The translations under genes and the position numbers were made by a program. The notes under the pieces are model-generated. The model saw only the letters and a program-made list of their open reading frames with translations, was not told the origin of the DNA and did no database searches. Shown here piece after piece: positions 11,258 through 21,186 of a stretch of DNA of 64,000 nt. Positions within the stretch are counted from its first letter, which is position 1, and every line of letters begins with the position of its first letter. Source of the DNA: a virus; IMG/VR virus record IMGVR_UViG_3300022555_002641, positions 32,001-96,000 of that record, one strand, 5' to 3'.

Positions 11258-12208
11258 ATGAATATTCAAAGTGCATCAATCGTAATTCCCACACATAACA
11301 GTTGTGTTAACAAATGCCCGTTCTGTGTGAGCCGAACCCACTGTAATCTTTATCAAAACGATATTTCAAAGACTAACGAATTTGAAGCATTCAAAAAATT
11401 TGGTGAATTGATATATAGCAAAAAGCAAAATTCAATTGAATTTCGGGATTACTTCAATCGGTTGCAATTTACCCGTAATAATGGATGTAACGTGGCAATT
11501 TTAACTGGCACTGGTGAGCCTCCGCAAAATATTAAATTCATCGAATTCTTCATGAATATTAATGAAACACTCAAACTACCGTTTGAAAATATTGAAATAC
11601 AAACAACTGGAGTGATGTTGGATGAAGGAATTATTCAGCACTTACGCCAGATTGGATTGACAACAATGGCGTTTTCAATATCCAATATTTTCAATAATGA
11701 TCGGAACCTTGAGCTCATCGATTGTAATGAAAACCTGAGATTTGATCTGGAAAAACAGATTGAACTTGTCAAAAAATATAAATTCAATTTGCGCCTTTCA
11801 TTAAATCTGGTGAATGATTATGACCGTTGCTCTGTTCCAGAAGTATTGCATCGTTGCAAAGAACTTGGTGCACATCAGGTAACATTTAGAAAGTTATACA
11901 AATCAGACACCAATACTGAAATTGATCAGTGGATTGAAGAAAATTCATCAAAGGAATTTTACCCAAAGCTTGTAGATTATATTATGGGTAAGCATGATAT
12001 TGATCCAATTGTGCGCTCAGGCGGTCACGGTCGGCTGATTGGGATTCTTCCTTTCGGTGCCAAAATATGGGACATTGATGAAATGTCTGTTGTTCTTGAC
12101 GATGATTGTATGAACGAAGAAGTGAAGGACACTTATAAGTATCTTATTCTGAGGGAAGATTGCCGCTTGTATTCAAAATGGGAAACTAAAGCCAGCTTGA
12201 TTTTTTAG
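11258..12208 (+). CDS. radical SAM protein
   Basis: CxxxCxxC (CVNKCPFC), LTGTGEP, EIQTTG. Confidence 0.85.
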   Translation: MNIQSASIVIPTHNSCVNKCPFCVSRTHCNLYQNDISKTNEFEAFKKFGELIYSKKQNSIEFRDYFNRLQFTRNNGCNVAILTGTGEPPQNIKFIEFFMNINETLKLPFENIEIQTTGVMLDEGIIQHLRQIGLTTMAFSISNIFNNDRNLELIDCNENLRFDLEKQIELVKKYKFNLRLSLNLVNDYDRCSVPEVLHRCKELGAHQVTFRKLYKSDTNTEIDQWIEENSSKEFYPKLVDYIMGKHDIDPIVRSGGHGRLIGILPFGAKIWDIDEMSVVLDDDCMNEEVKDTYKYLILREDCRLYSKWETKASLIF

Positions 12209-12445
12209 TTAATATTTATATTTCTCACGCCAAATATCTATAACTCTACTATACATATTATCCCTATCTGATATCGGGATATTGTTTGATATAAAAAACT
12301 CATCCATAAAATCTAATATGTCATGAATAGATGTGCATCTTTTTGCAATTTCATCTAAATCATTTTCATATTCATCTACCAAATCAACTGTTTCAACATC
12401 TGAATTTGGTTCAAATTCTTCAAAAAGTTTAAGTCTTGATCTCAT
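12209..12445 (-). CDS. small acidic protein with N-terminal KLFEEF motif
   Basis: Begins MRSRLKLFEEFE. Confidence 0.7.
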   Translation of the reverse strand: MRSRLKLFEEFEPNSDVETVDLVDEYENDLDEIAKRCTSIHDILDFMDEFFISNNIPISDRDNMYSRVIDIWREKYKY

Positions 12446-12460
12446 ATTAATAATTTATTT

Positions 12461-12946
12461 TTAATTACCAAAGTTCCTAATTATTACCTTATTCCTTGGT
12501 TCTATTGGTTCTGGTAATGGCTGTGGTACAAAATCTGGTTCTGGGACTGTAGTATCAACATCCATTGGATTCATATCAGTTTCTACCTGAACTTCATCTG
12601 CATCTTTTTCTTGCTGCTCAATATCGTCTTCTCTTTCCTGATCGATATGCTCAACCCTATCATTTAAATACTCACGAACATAATCGTGGGCAGTTTTTAA
12701 TGTTTTCTTTTTTCTGTGCTTAACTTTTATTAGGCTTCCATCCAGCTTATGCTTGGTGATATCTACAAAGAATAAATGTCCTATCTGGTGAATTTCAGCC
12801 GTATAAAATGGTAATGCATTCCCAGTTTTATAGTATATTTTTTTATTAGATACCTTTGGGGAATATTTAGCCTTACCACTTTTAAAAAGAGTGTGGTCTA
12901 TTTCATTATCATTCCATGTTTCAAATACTCTAACGTGACGCATCAT
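12461..12946 (-). CDS. hypothetical protein with N-terminal RVFETW motif
   Basis: Likely start MMRHVRVFETW directly after a TATATA box. Confidence 0.7.
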   Translation of the reverse strand: MMRHVRVFETWNDNEIDHTLFKSGKAKYSPKVSNKKIYYKTGNALPFYTAEIHQIGHLFFVDITKHKLDGSLIKVKHRKKKTLKTAHDYVREYLNDRVEHIDQEREDDIEQQEKDADEVQVETDMNPMDVDTTVPEPDFVPQPLPEPIEPRNKVIIRNFGN

Positions 12947-12975
12947 ATTATATATATAAATAAAAAAAATTAAAA

Positions 12976-13098
12976 ATGGGAAAGTCAAGAAAGGTTAAGA
13001 AAAAATTGAGAAAAAATCGTGGCAACATCGTAAAGCAGATAAAACTTGTCAAGCATAATCAAGAACTTTTGAAAGAAATAACTGAGAAATGTTCCTAA
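12976..13098 (+). CDS. 40-aa basic protein (not in ORF track)
   Basis: Manual translation MGKSRKVKKKLRKNRGNIVKQIKLVKHNQELLKEITEKCS*; fills the gap and overlaps the next start. Confidence 0.55.
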   Translation: MGKSRKVKKKLRKNRGNIVKQIKLVKHNQELLKEITEKCS

Positions 13099-13352
13099 AA
13101 ATTAGAATTGAACAGGATAAATACGATCAATTTCAAAGTAAATGTGAACAGAAGGACAAAACAATGAGTGAGGTCCTTCGAAATTTTATGAAACTTTACA
13201 ATGATTATGATAATACAATAGTATTCAATTTAGATGATAAGATGCTAAATGATGTTGCTATTTTTTGTAAAGATAAAAAAATAAAATTCAACGATCTTAT
13301 CAAGCTATTAATTGAACGAACAATTAATAATAAAGATAATTTCAATGCATAA
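13089..13352 (+). CDS. ribbon-helix-helix-type DNA-binding protein (possibly tandem)
   Basis: LKIRIEQ...KTMSEVLRNFM pattern, repeated in the second half. Confidence 0.6.
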   Translation: MFLKIRIEQDKYDQFQSKCEQKDKTMSEVLRNFMKLYNDYDNTIVFNLDDKMLNDVAIFCKDKKIKFNDLIKLLIERTINNKDNFNA

Positions 13353-14019
13353 AAAAGAAAAATGTTATCAAAAATCCTATCGTGGTAAATACGTTGATTT
13401 TTACCCAAAGGTTTCAAATTTCGCATTACAATACGATTTAGCTGGATATTTCGATCCCCGCCCACAAATTCATATTTGCTTGGGCTGGGGTAATCTATTT
13501 ATAAATTTACCATTCAAATCTAAATATAATGAATGCGAACCGCCACGATATGGAGTTTATTATCATGAACGATGCTTCTGGTTCCCACATGGACGAAAAA
13601 TATATTGCTTACATTTACCTTTCGAATATGATTGGGTTAGAACAAGCTATCTTCGTTCAGATAATACTTGGGAAAATGAAACAAAAAGTAATAGCAAAAA
13701 TTTTTGGAAGGATGAAGAATGGAAGGATATTCTCTGGAAAGAAGTGTATCCTTACACGTATACATTGAAAAATGGTACATCTCAAAACAGACAGGCAACA
13801 GTTAAAGTTGTTGAGCGTGAATGGAGATGGCGATCTTTTAAATGGACTAAAATTACAGCAATGAAAAGACGTGTGATAGACATTGAGTTCGATGATGAAG
13901 TTGGAGAAAGATCAGGATCATATAAAGGTGGTTGTATGGGATGTAGTTATGATTTACTACCAAACGAAACGCCTTTAGATGCCTTAAGGAGAATGGAATC
14001 CGAAAGAGTTTTTAAATAA
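13345..14019 (+). CDS. hypothetical protein
   Basis: W/Y-rich ORF; likely start is the ATG overlapping the previous stop. Confidence 0.7.
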   Translation: MHKKEKCYQKSYRGKYVDFYPKVSNFALQYDLAGYFDPRPQIHICLGWGNLFINLPFKSKYNECEPPRYGVYYHERCFWFPHGRKIYCLHLPFEYDWVRTSYLRSDNTWENETKSNSKNFWKDEEWKDILWKEVYPYTYTLKNGTSQNRQATVKVVEREWRWRSFKWTKITAMKRRVIDIEFDDEVGERSGSYKGGCMGCSYDLLPNETPLDALRRMESERVFK

Positions 14020-14078
14020 CCTCAATCTTTTGAATTTTTATTTTAGTTGAAGTTTGTAATAAAAAATTATTATCAAAG

Positions 14079-14100
14079 AAAAAGCCCCTTTCGGGGCTTT
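14079..14100. terminator. intrinsic terminator hairpin
   Basis: AAAGCCCC-TTTC-GGGGCTTT between convergent genes. Confidence 0.8.
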
Positions 14101-14102
14101 AT

Positions 14103-14315
14103 TTAGTACCAATCATCTTCTAAGATTAGTGGATCATATTTTAGTCCAAGTTCATTAATTTTTGACCAGATTTCGTCACTTGTTCGAGTTTCAAATAATT
14201 CGTTAACAGTTTCAAATTCACCGTCAATCTGTTTGAGGAATAATACAGCCTTTGTATCAGCGTCCCAAACCAGTTTCCATGGCAATTCAGCATTAGCCTT
14301 CTTGATTTTTTCCAT
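14103..14315 (-). CDS. hypothetical protein
   Basis: 70-aa ORF ending at the terminator. Confidence 0.65.
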   Translation of the reverse strand: MEKIKKANAELPWKLVWDADTKAVLFLKQIDGEFETVNELFETRTSDEIWSKINELGLKYDPLILEDDWY

Positions 14316-14434
14316 AAAATTTTAATGTTATTTTTTGTAAAATTGGGGTTGATTTTATCAACCTTTATAGGAAATATAGATATAAAACAATACATCAAGT
14401 GTATATATTTTTATAAAAAAATCATTTATTTCTA

Positions 14435-15043
14435 ATGGCAAAATTATATTTTAAGTATGGTGCAATGGCTTCTGGTAAATCTGTGGATTTGCTCAAAACG
14501 AATTTTAATTATACTGAGTATGGGGAAAAAGTTATCTGCTTGACATCAGCAAAAGATAATCGATACGGACAAGGAAAAATTGCATCAAGAATTGGAATTC
14601 AAACACAAGCATTATCTGTGTATGAAAATATGAATGTATATGATTTAATATATAATTTTTGGAAAGCAGCTATGGATGATGGAACTAAAATATCGTGTGT
14701 ATTGGTTGATGAAGCCCAATTTTTCACAAAATCCCAAATTTTTCAATTATCAGATATTGTTGACAGCTTAAATATTCCAGTAATGTGCTATGGAATAAGA
14801 TCAGATTCTAATTTGGAATTATTTGAAGGATCAAAGCAACTACTTGTATTGGCAGACACTATTGAAGAAATAAAAACGATATGTGCAAATTGCCGATCAC
14901 ATAAGGCTATAATTAATGCTCGTTTTAATAACAATAAAATTATTGAAAGCGGCCCACAAATTCAGATTGGCGGGAATGAAACCTATCGATCATTATGTAG
15001 AAAATGCTATAAAAAAGAAATAGAAAAAAATGCAAAGTTGTGA
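14435..15043 (+). CDS. tdk: thymidine kinase
   Basis: YGAMASGKS, VDEAQF, CYGIRSD, Zn-binding C...CRKC, QIGGNETY. Confidence 0.95.
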   Translation: MAKLYFKYGAMASGKSVDLLKTNFNYTEYGEKVICLTSAKDNRYGQGKIASRIGIQTQALSVYENMNVYDLIYNFWKAAMDDGTKISCVLVDEAQFFTKSQIFQLSDIVDSLNIPVMCYGIRSDSNLELFEGSKQLLVLADTIEEIKTICANCRSHKAIINARFNNNKIIESGPQIQIGGNETYRSLCRKCYKKEIEKNAKL

Positions 15044-16538
15044 TGTGAGTTCTTGTAATATAATCAGGACAATGCTTAATTCAAGCATGATGCCGAGTTT
15101 CTTATTAGAAAAAGATGGTACCATAATAACATTGAACGATAAAGCACTACCATATGTTAGGGCAAAAAGTCAAATGGATGTCATAGGAAAAAAATTAGAA
15201 ACTCTTATTGATGATGTTCTATATGAAGAATTAAGAAAAGTAATGCTTGAAGCTATATTCAGGGGTAAGTTCGTGACTTTCAATTATTATTGTAAAGAAT
15301 CCAAAAAAACATATGAAATTTTATGCACCCCAATTCATGATGAAAATCTTGGGTTTTCAGACAATATAGACTTTATATTCTTACACATATTTGATATTGA
15401 TATGATGAAAGTTATTAATCCCCCACAGGAAGATTCCAACGATATTCTCAAATCAACTTTCCTTTCAAACATTTCACATGAACTTAAGACTCCAATGAAT
15501 ACTATAATTGGATTTTCGGATTTGTTATTACTTCCACAATATAAAGATAATATTAGCCGTGATAGGTTCATAAAAGCTATAAATACTAATGCTAAGCACT
15601 TAGAAGAATTGCTAAATAATATTTTAGATTATGCAAAAATAGAAGCTGGGCAGTTAGATTTTTTATATGAGAATTTTGAAATTGGTGATATTTTTTGTGA
15701 TTTGAAATTACTTTTTGAAGATATTAATCTTCAAAAAAATCAAAAAAGTGTTAAATTAATTTTCAAAGACCAGAATACGAAAATAGTGTCAGATCAATTT
15801 AGAATTAAACAAGTCTTACATAATTTATTAAGTAATGCGATTAAATTTACAGATAATGGCACAATTGAAGTCGGATGTACTCCTGACTTTGAAAATGCAA
15901 CGATTAAATTCTATGTTAAAGATACTGGTATTGGAATTCCAGACAATCGAATTGATTTAATTTTTGATCGATTTGTCCAAATTGATTCTTCCCCAACCAA
16001 AAAGAATAAAGGTACAGGACTTGGGCTATCCATAGCAAAAAATATTGTAGAATTATTAGGTGGTACAATTTGGGTTGATTCTGTATTTGGTAAAGGTAGC
16101 ACTTTTTATTTTAGAATCCCATTAGAAGAAATTCAAGATGATATAACATTAAAAACTAAACATGTAGACGAATCAATAACATACGATAATAAAGTTATTC
16201 TGCTTGTGGATGGTATTCCAGATAACTACTCTTTATTAAGTATTATGTTAAAATCTAAAGGAATTAGATGCATATATGTAGATGATGGAGAAGAAGCCAT
16301 TAACATTTATAGAAAAGAAAAAAAAATTATTGATGCTGTTTTTTTAGATATTAATTTGGCAACAATAAACGGATTTGAAGTAGCAGAAAAGATTAAACAA
16401 ATTAATAAAAAAGCTACTATAATATCAATATCTGAAATTGATGTTAAAGATTCAAGATTTATAGATTATTATATGTCAAAGCCTTATACAAGGGGTAAGT
16501 TGTTAGATATCCTTAAACAAATATTTACTAATGGATGA
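15030..16538 (+). CDS. hybrid sensor histidine kinase (PAS-HisKA-HATPase-receiver)
   Basis: H-box SHELKTPM, N-box NLLSNAIKFT, DTGIG, GTGLGL, then receiver (LLVD...FLDINL...SKP). Confidence 0.9.
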   Translation: MQSCDVSSCNIIRTMLNSSMMPSFLLEKDGTIITLNDKALPYVRAKSQMDVIGKKLETLIDDVLYEELRKVMLEAIFRGKFVTFNYYCKESKKTYEILCTPIHDENLGFSDNIDFIFLHIFDIDMMKVINPPQEDSNDILKSTFLSNISHELKTPMNTIIGFSDLLLLPQYKDNISRDRFIKAINTNAKHLEELLNNILDYAKIEAGQLDFLYENFEIGDIFCDLKLLFEDINLQKNQKSVKLIFKDQNTKIVSDQFRIKQVLHNLLSNAIKFTDNGTIEVGCTPDFENATIKFYVKDTGIGIPDNRIDLIFDRFVQIDSSPTKKNKGTGLGLSIAKNIVELLGGTIWVDSVFGKGSTFYFRIPLEEIQDDITLKTKHVDESITYDNKVILLVDGIPDNYSLLSIMLKSKGIRCIYVDDGEEAINIYRKEKKIIDAVFLDINLATINGFEVAEKIKQINKKATIISISEIDVKDSRFIDYYMSKPYTRGKLLDILKQIFTNG

Positions 16539-16950
16539 ATTAAGAAGTGTTGATTTCAAAACCCTTGCTGATATTATTTTTAGGAATAAAAATAAGTATC
16601 AATATGTTAGTGATGAGGAAAAAGAAGCAAGTTTTTTTAAACTAAATAGAAAATTTGCAATTAAATATTTAAAGCAAGCTCAGTTTTTCAACAACAAAAA
16701 TGTGGATAGATCGGCTGCTATGGATATATGGTTCAGTAAGTTTTACAATAATATAATAGATGTTCCAGCTTGGTACTGGGCAACTAAACAACAAAGTAAG
16801 GATAAAGCAAAATCAAAATTCAGCGGGCCTGATTTAAAACTGTTCAAAGAATATCATGAAATTACAAATAAGGATATTGACTTTATGATCAAGCATTTTG
16901 AAGAAGTCGTTGATTTGGAGATTAAAAGAATAAAAAAAATAAAGAAATAA
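16531..16950 (+). CDS. hypothetical protein
   Basis: Coupled ORF. Confidence 0.7.
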   Translation: MDELRSVDFKTLADIIFRNKNKYQYVSDEEKEASFFKLNRKFAIKYLKQAQFFNNKNVDRSAAMDIWFSKFYNNIIDVPAWYWATKQQSKDKAKSKFSGPDLKLFKEYHEITNKDIDFMIKHFEEVVDLEIKRIKKIKK

Positions 16951-17879
16951 TGAACTTAGATAGTAAGATTTATGTCGCTGGGCATCGTGGGTTAGTTGGT
17001 AGTGCAATAGTTAGAAAATTAAATAGTGATGGCTTCACGAATGTTGTCACGGCTACCCACAGTGAGTTAGATTTAAGAGACGATGCAAGTGTAGCTCATT
17101 TTTTTGATTGGGTTACACCAGATTATGTATTTCTTGCTGCCGCTAAAGTTGGCGGTATTGTTGCTAACAGTACATACCCAGCAGAATTTATCTATAATAA
17201 TTTAATGATACAAAGTAATATCATACATCAATCATATAAACATAATGTTAAAAAATTATTATTTTTGGGATCAAGTTGTATTTATCCAAAACTTTGCCCA
17301 CAGCCAATCAAAGAAGAATATTTGATGAGTGGATATCTTGAGCCAACAAACGATGCGTATGCTATTGCTAAAATTGCTGGAATCAAAATGTGTCAAAGTT
17401 ATAATAAACAATATGGTACAAATTTTATATCGTTGATGCCAACAAATTTATATGGTCCTAATGATAACTACGATTTAAATAGTTCTCATGTTTTACCAGC
17501 AATGTTGTCAAAATTTCATTTTGCTAAAACTAATGAATTAAGTGAAGTGAATCTCTGGGGGACAGGAACACCCAGACGTGAATTCTTGCATGTTGATGAT
17601 TTGGCTGACGCTTGTTTATTTTTAATGGATAAATATGATGATAGTGAAATTATCAATGTTGGTACTGGTGAAGATATTTCAATTGCTGAACTGGCTGCAA
17701 TGATCAGAGAAATTGTGGGATTTAAAGGTAGTGTTATATTTGATGCCTTAAAACCAGATGGTACACCAAAAAAATTATTAGATGTCAGCAAATTATCCAA
17801 ATTAGGCTGGAAATATTCAATTAAATTAAAATACGGTATAACTCAAGTTTATAATGAGCACTTTAATGAAAAGAATTGA
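16950..17879 (+). CDS. fcl: GDP-L-fucose synthase
   Basis: [57 protein letters not shown]. Confidence 0.95.
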   Translation: MNLDSKIYVAGHRGLVGSAIVRKLNSDGFTNVVTATHSELDLRDDASVAHFFDWVTPDYVFLAAAKVGGIVANSTYPAEFIYNNLMIQSNIIHQSYKHNVKKLLFLGSSCIYPKLCPQPIKEEYLMSGYLEPTNDAYAIAKIAGIKMCQSYNKQYGTNFISLMPTNLYGPNDNYDLNSSHVLPAMLSKFHFAKTNELSEVNLWGTGTPRREFLHVDDLADACLFLMDKYDDSEIINVGTGEDISIAELAAMIREIVGFKGSVIFDALKPDGTPKKLLDVSKLSKLGWKYSIKLKYGITQVYNEHFNEKN

Positions 17880-18159
17880 TCAAAATACTTATAGTTTAAT
17901 GGCGATAGATGTTATTGGAAAGGAATGTAGACATTACTTTCATATATTTCCAGATGCCGTACTAATTTCTAAAAAACTATTACCTAAAAGGTTTCGTATT
18001 CGTCCGACATATTTCGGATATGCTAAATGGGAGATGAACTGCAAGGATGATATTCTTATTGGAAAAAATGAGAATATAATACCTTACAATTATGATTATA
18101 TTGTTCAGAAATTAGAACAGGAAGAAAGAAAGTGTAAATTAAATAAAATATGGAAATGA
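17866..18159 (+). CDS. hypothetical protein with C-terminal RxxKLxxI motif
   Basis: Ends [12 protein letters not shown]. Confidence 0.7.
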   Translation: MKRIDQNTYSLMAIDVIGKECRHYFHIFPDAVLISKKLLPKRFRIRPTYFGYAKWEMNCKDDILIGKNENIIPYNYDYIVQKLEQEERKCKLNKIWK

Positions 18160-18207
18160 AGTATTTCAAAGCTGTTTGTATATGAAGTATTTCAAAGCTG
18201 TTTGTAT
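18156..18207 (+). repeat. 26-bp perfect tandem duplication of a gene start
   Basis: atgaagtatttcaaagctgtttgtat at 18156-18181 and 18182-18207. Confidence 0.95.
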
Positions 18208-18409
18208 CTGTCAAGATGAATATAGAAAATTCGTTAAAAATCAAGTATATGAATGTTGGTATGAATCATCTATATTCGGTTCATATGATATAGCTGTTGC
18301 GAGGCAAGGCGATTTTCCATATGGATTAAAAGAAGAAAATTTTAAAAAATATTTTATCAAATTAACAGAATTCAGAAAGCTAAAACTTCAAAAAATAAAT
18401 AGTATTTAA
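18182..18409 (+). CDS. small protein with C-terminal RKLKLQKI motif
   Basis: [10 protein letters not shown]...FKKYFIKLTEFRKLKLQKINSI. Confidence 0.7.
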   Translation: MKYFKAVCICQDEYRKFVKNQVYECWYESSIFGSYDIAVARQGDFPYGLKEENFKKYFIKLTEFRKLKLQKINSI

Positions 18410-19356
18410 GAAAATTTCTTACCTGTGAACCTGAACGGAACATTATATGTATTATAAGGTTTTGAAAAATATCCAGATGTTACAGCCCAACTACTTAAAA
18501 TAATCTTAACCCGCCTATTTTTAGTTCCATCATTTACAACCTCAATTTTATTGATGGCTTTGGCTTTTAGCATATGAAGTTGAGGAGCACTTTCGATCCT
18601 CTTTGTTCTCATATTCATTGCTTTGTGTGATCTATCAAAGAAGATTATGTAATCATATGGCAATCTTTCAAAAATGGAATTATAATTTGACATTTCAATT
18701 AATGTTGGTTCAATAGTTATTGATTGATTTTTTACTCTATACTTGACGTTTTCAGAAATGGTCTTTATTTTTATACCATCTCGTTCACCAGTTGCACGAT
18801 CCAATCTCCAAAGATCAATCCCAGATTCGTGAGACTCTACAACATCATAATTCTTTTTCCATAAATGCTTTAGAATATTTCTTGTTACACTTTCACTATC
18901 CTTTGAAATTTTAATTGTTTTCGCTACAATATCAGTCAAGTCCCTAATATTTTTATCATTAAATATTTTATCAATTACATTATCCAACTGCTGAAGTTTT
19001 ACTAAATCATCATCTGAAGTAGATAACAAATCTAATTTAAACATGAAATTTATTTTGGCAAGAACCCCATTATTTATTGGTAGTTTGTTAAAAATTCCGA
19101 TATGATCATTGTTGTAGTCCTCAATCGATTGTATAAAATATTTCACATATTCATCGTTACCATTATATTTTAATAAATACATATAGAAATATAATTTCAT
19201 CAATGATGAATAACAAAGTTTTGTGATTGAATTCTTTTTCAACCCCTGCCCACGAAATAATTTAATGTCTGGATCAAGGATAAAATAATTATTATCCTTT
19301 GTTTGAATGAATGATTTTTGAAGAAGTTCCATAATTATGTTGGCAGAATTGTTCAA
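18406..19356 (-). CDS. hypothetical protein
   Basis: 316-aa ORF; GIDLW...GIKIK might be a degenerate PD-(D/E)xK motif (weak). Confidence 0.7.
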   Translation of the reverse strand: MNNSANIIMELLQKSFIQTKDNNYFILDPDIKLFRGQGLKKNSITKLCYSSLMKLYFYMYLLKYNGNDEYVKYFIQSIEDYNNDHIGIFNKLPINNGVLAKINFMFKLDLLSTSDDDLVKLQQLDNVIDKIFNDKNIRDLTDIVAKTIKISKDSESVTRNILKHLWKKNYDVVESHESGIDLWRLDRATGERDGIKIKTISENVKYRVKNQSITIEPTLIEMSNYNSIFERLPYDYIIFFDRSHKAMNMRTKRIESAPQLHMLKAKAINKIEVVNDGTKNRRVKIILSSWAVTSGYFSKPYNTYNVPFRFTGKKFS

Positions 19357-19681
19357 AGTTTTTTAGTTTATCATCTTCTGCTTGTTTATTATATCTTTCT
19401 TCTTCCTCTTGGTTTAAAATATCTAACTCTTCTTCATTTCTTTTTCTAAGATATTCCATTAAATATTCACGCATATCTATAGAAAATAATCTGCCATAAT
19501 ATGCCATTGTAAAAACTGGTTTCCTTGTTCCACGGTTTATTGCGATATGCTTATGATACGGAATTGTTAAAAGCCCATAACCAGTCCATTCTTCAATTAC
19601 AACACTACCTTCTTCGTTATGATGAAACTTTACGTCTTCAATTTTTATTTTCGAAAAGTTTTGTATCTTTGCAAGCTTCAT
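19292..19681 (-). CDS. hypothetical protein with KLKNFEQF motif
   Basis: Preceded by a TATATA box at about 19700. Confidence 0.65.
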   Translation of the reverse strand: MKLAKIQNFSKIKIEDVKFHHNEEGSVVIEEWTGYGLLTIPYHKHIAINRGTRKPVFTMAYYGRLFSIDMREYLMEYLRKRNEEELDILNQEEEERYNKQAEDDKLKNFEQFCQHNYGTSSKIIHSNKG

Positions 19682-19727
19682 AAACGTGTACTGTTTTTTA
19701 ATATATATTTAAAATCAAAAATCAATT

Positions 19728-21020
19728 ATGATAGCTACCAAATATACAGATTTTTTACTTGAAAACCGTATCAAAATGAAGATAGACCTTCCAGAGGATA
19801 TTTATCTCATTAAGAACGAGTTTAGTAAACATAATAAAAAACTTTATGTTGTTGGTGGGTTTGTTCGTGATTGGATAGAAGCCGTTAGTAAATTCAATAA
19901 AGAAAATGGAACTGAATTCAAACGTCCTATTTCACACGATATTGATTTGGTTACAGATGCATTACCAGAAGAATCAAAAAAAATACTTAAAGGTAAATTT
20001 CGTGTTTCTGAGGAACAAGGCAAAAATTTTGGGGTTTTAAGAATTTACACTGAAAGCGAACCATTAGGATATGAGCTGGCAACTTTTCGATTAGATATAT
20101 CAAAAGGTCGTGACACAAAAGGAAATGATAAAAAAGTTGATTTTGGTTCCCATGTCACTATTGAAGATGATGTTAAACGAAGGGACCTAACACAAAATGC
20201 GTTATTCTATGATATTGATAAGGAAGAAATTGTTGATTTAGTTGATGGGGTTTATCACATTAAGCAAAATATTATATCAGCAGTTGGCGATCCAGTTCAA
20301 AGATTTAACGAAGATAGGCTTCGTATACTTAGGTCAATTCGATTTGCATCCAGAACGCTTGCTAATATAGATAAGAAGACCTCAGACGCTATTATGAATG
20401 ATAGAAGGCTCAGGAACATATCTGATATTGATGATGTCTCACAAGAGCGTATTTTTGAAGAATTTAAAAAGACAGTTGATTGGTGCAGAGATCACGGAAA
20501 GACCGACTCTTTAATGTTTTATCTCAAGTTACTCAAGAAATACCATTTATTTGAAGAGATGTTTCCTGATGTTAAAATAAACATTGAGGGTATTGATACA
20601 TTTGACCTTGCTATAATTTTCGCTTTATTGTTCAGGAATAATATCCCAGACAGATCACTTGAAAGTAAATTAGCCGAATTTAAGATTTCAAATTCAACTA
20701 AAGAGCCTAAGAAGCTTCTGGATAAAACTATCTTTTTGATTCAATTGAGAAATAATATTGAGAATATTGAAAAAATTCCAGAACTAAATAAAAAACGAAA
20801 GCAGATTGGAATTGATTATATAACAATCAAAAAGTTTTTTGATATTGAATATAAATCATCAAATCAAAGAAAGTTTGTCAATTGCTTTTTGGAATATGAT
20901 CCAAAAATTAGTGGAAAAGATTTAATTGCTTATGGAATTAAAGGTGTCGAAATAGGTAATGAAATCCGTAGAAGAGAAATTGAAGATTTTCAAAACTTAC
21001 TGGATAAATATAAAAAATAG
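19728..21020 (+). CDS. cca: CCA-adding tRNA nucleotidyltransferase
   Basis: YVVGGFVRD, DIDL, ELATFR, RRDLTQNA, RFNEDRLRILR (EDxxR templating motif). Confidence 0.88.
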   Translation: MIATKYTDFLLENRIKMKIDLPEDIYLIKNEFSKHNKKLYVVGGFVRDWIEAVSKFNKENGTEFKRPISHDIDLVTDALPEESKKILKGKFRVSEEQGKNFGVLRIYTESEPLGYELATFRLDISKGRDTKGNDKKVDFGSHVTIEDDVKRRDLTQNALFYDIDKEEIVDLVDGVYHIKQNIISAVGDPVQRFNEDRLRILRSIRFASRTLANIDKKTSDAIMNDRRLRNISDIDDVSQERIFEEFKKTVDWCRDHGKTDSLMFYLKLLKKYHLFEEMFPDVKINIEGIDTFDLAIIFALLFRNNIPDRSLESKLAEFKISNSTKEPKKLLDKTIFLIQLRNNIENIEKIPELNKKRKQIGIDYITIKKFFDIEYKSSNQRKFVNCFLEYDPKISGKDLIAYGIKGVEIGNEIRRREIEDFQNLLDKYKK

Positions 21021-21074
21021 GAGGCAGCTTCCTCACACTCGCAACGTGCGATCAGGACTTTAACCTGAGCCTCC
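21020..21074 (-). ncRNA. candidate structured RNA (multi-stem junction with T-loop-like hairpin)
   Basis: GC-rich island in AT-rich DNA. Minus strand GGAGGC/UCAGG-UUAAAGU-CCUGA/UCGCA-CGU-UGCGA/.../GCCUCC, followed by a U-run. Confidence 0.45.
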
Positions 21075-21151
21075 CGATTGACAATTTAATCCATTTACAC
21101 TTATTGCCATGGCTCCAGTAAAAGAATATTAAATTGCTTATTGTTATATAT

Positions 21152-21184
21152 AAAAAAAGCCCGATGATTGTCGGGCTTTTTTTT
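21152..21184. terminator. bidirectional intrinsic terminator
   Basis: A7-GCCCGA-TGATTG-TCGGGC-T8. Confidence 0.85.
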
Positions 21185-21186
21185 AT

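Noticed and set aside
21020-21074. Canonical tRNA, SRP RNA or HDV-like ribozyme
   Set aside because: No anticodon/D-arm cloverleaf; only partial resemblance to SRP GGAAGCAG; the HDV nested pseudoknot could not be built.
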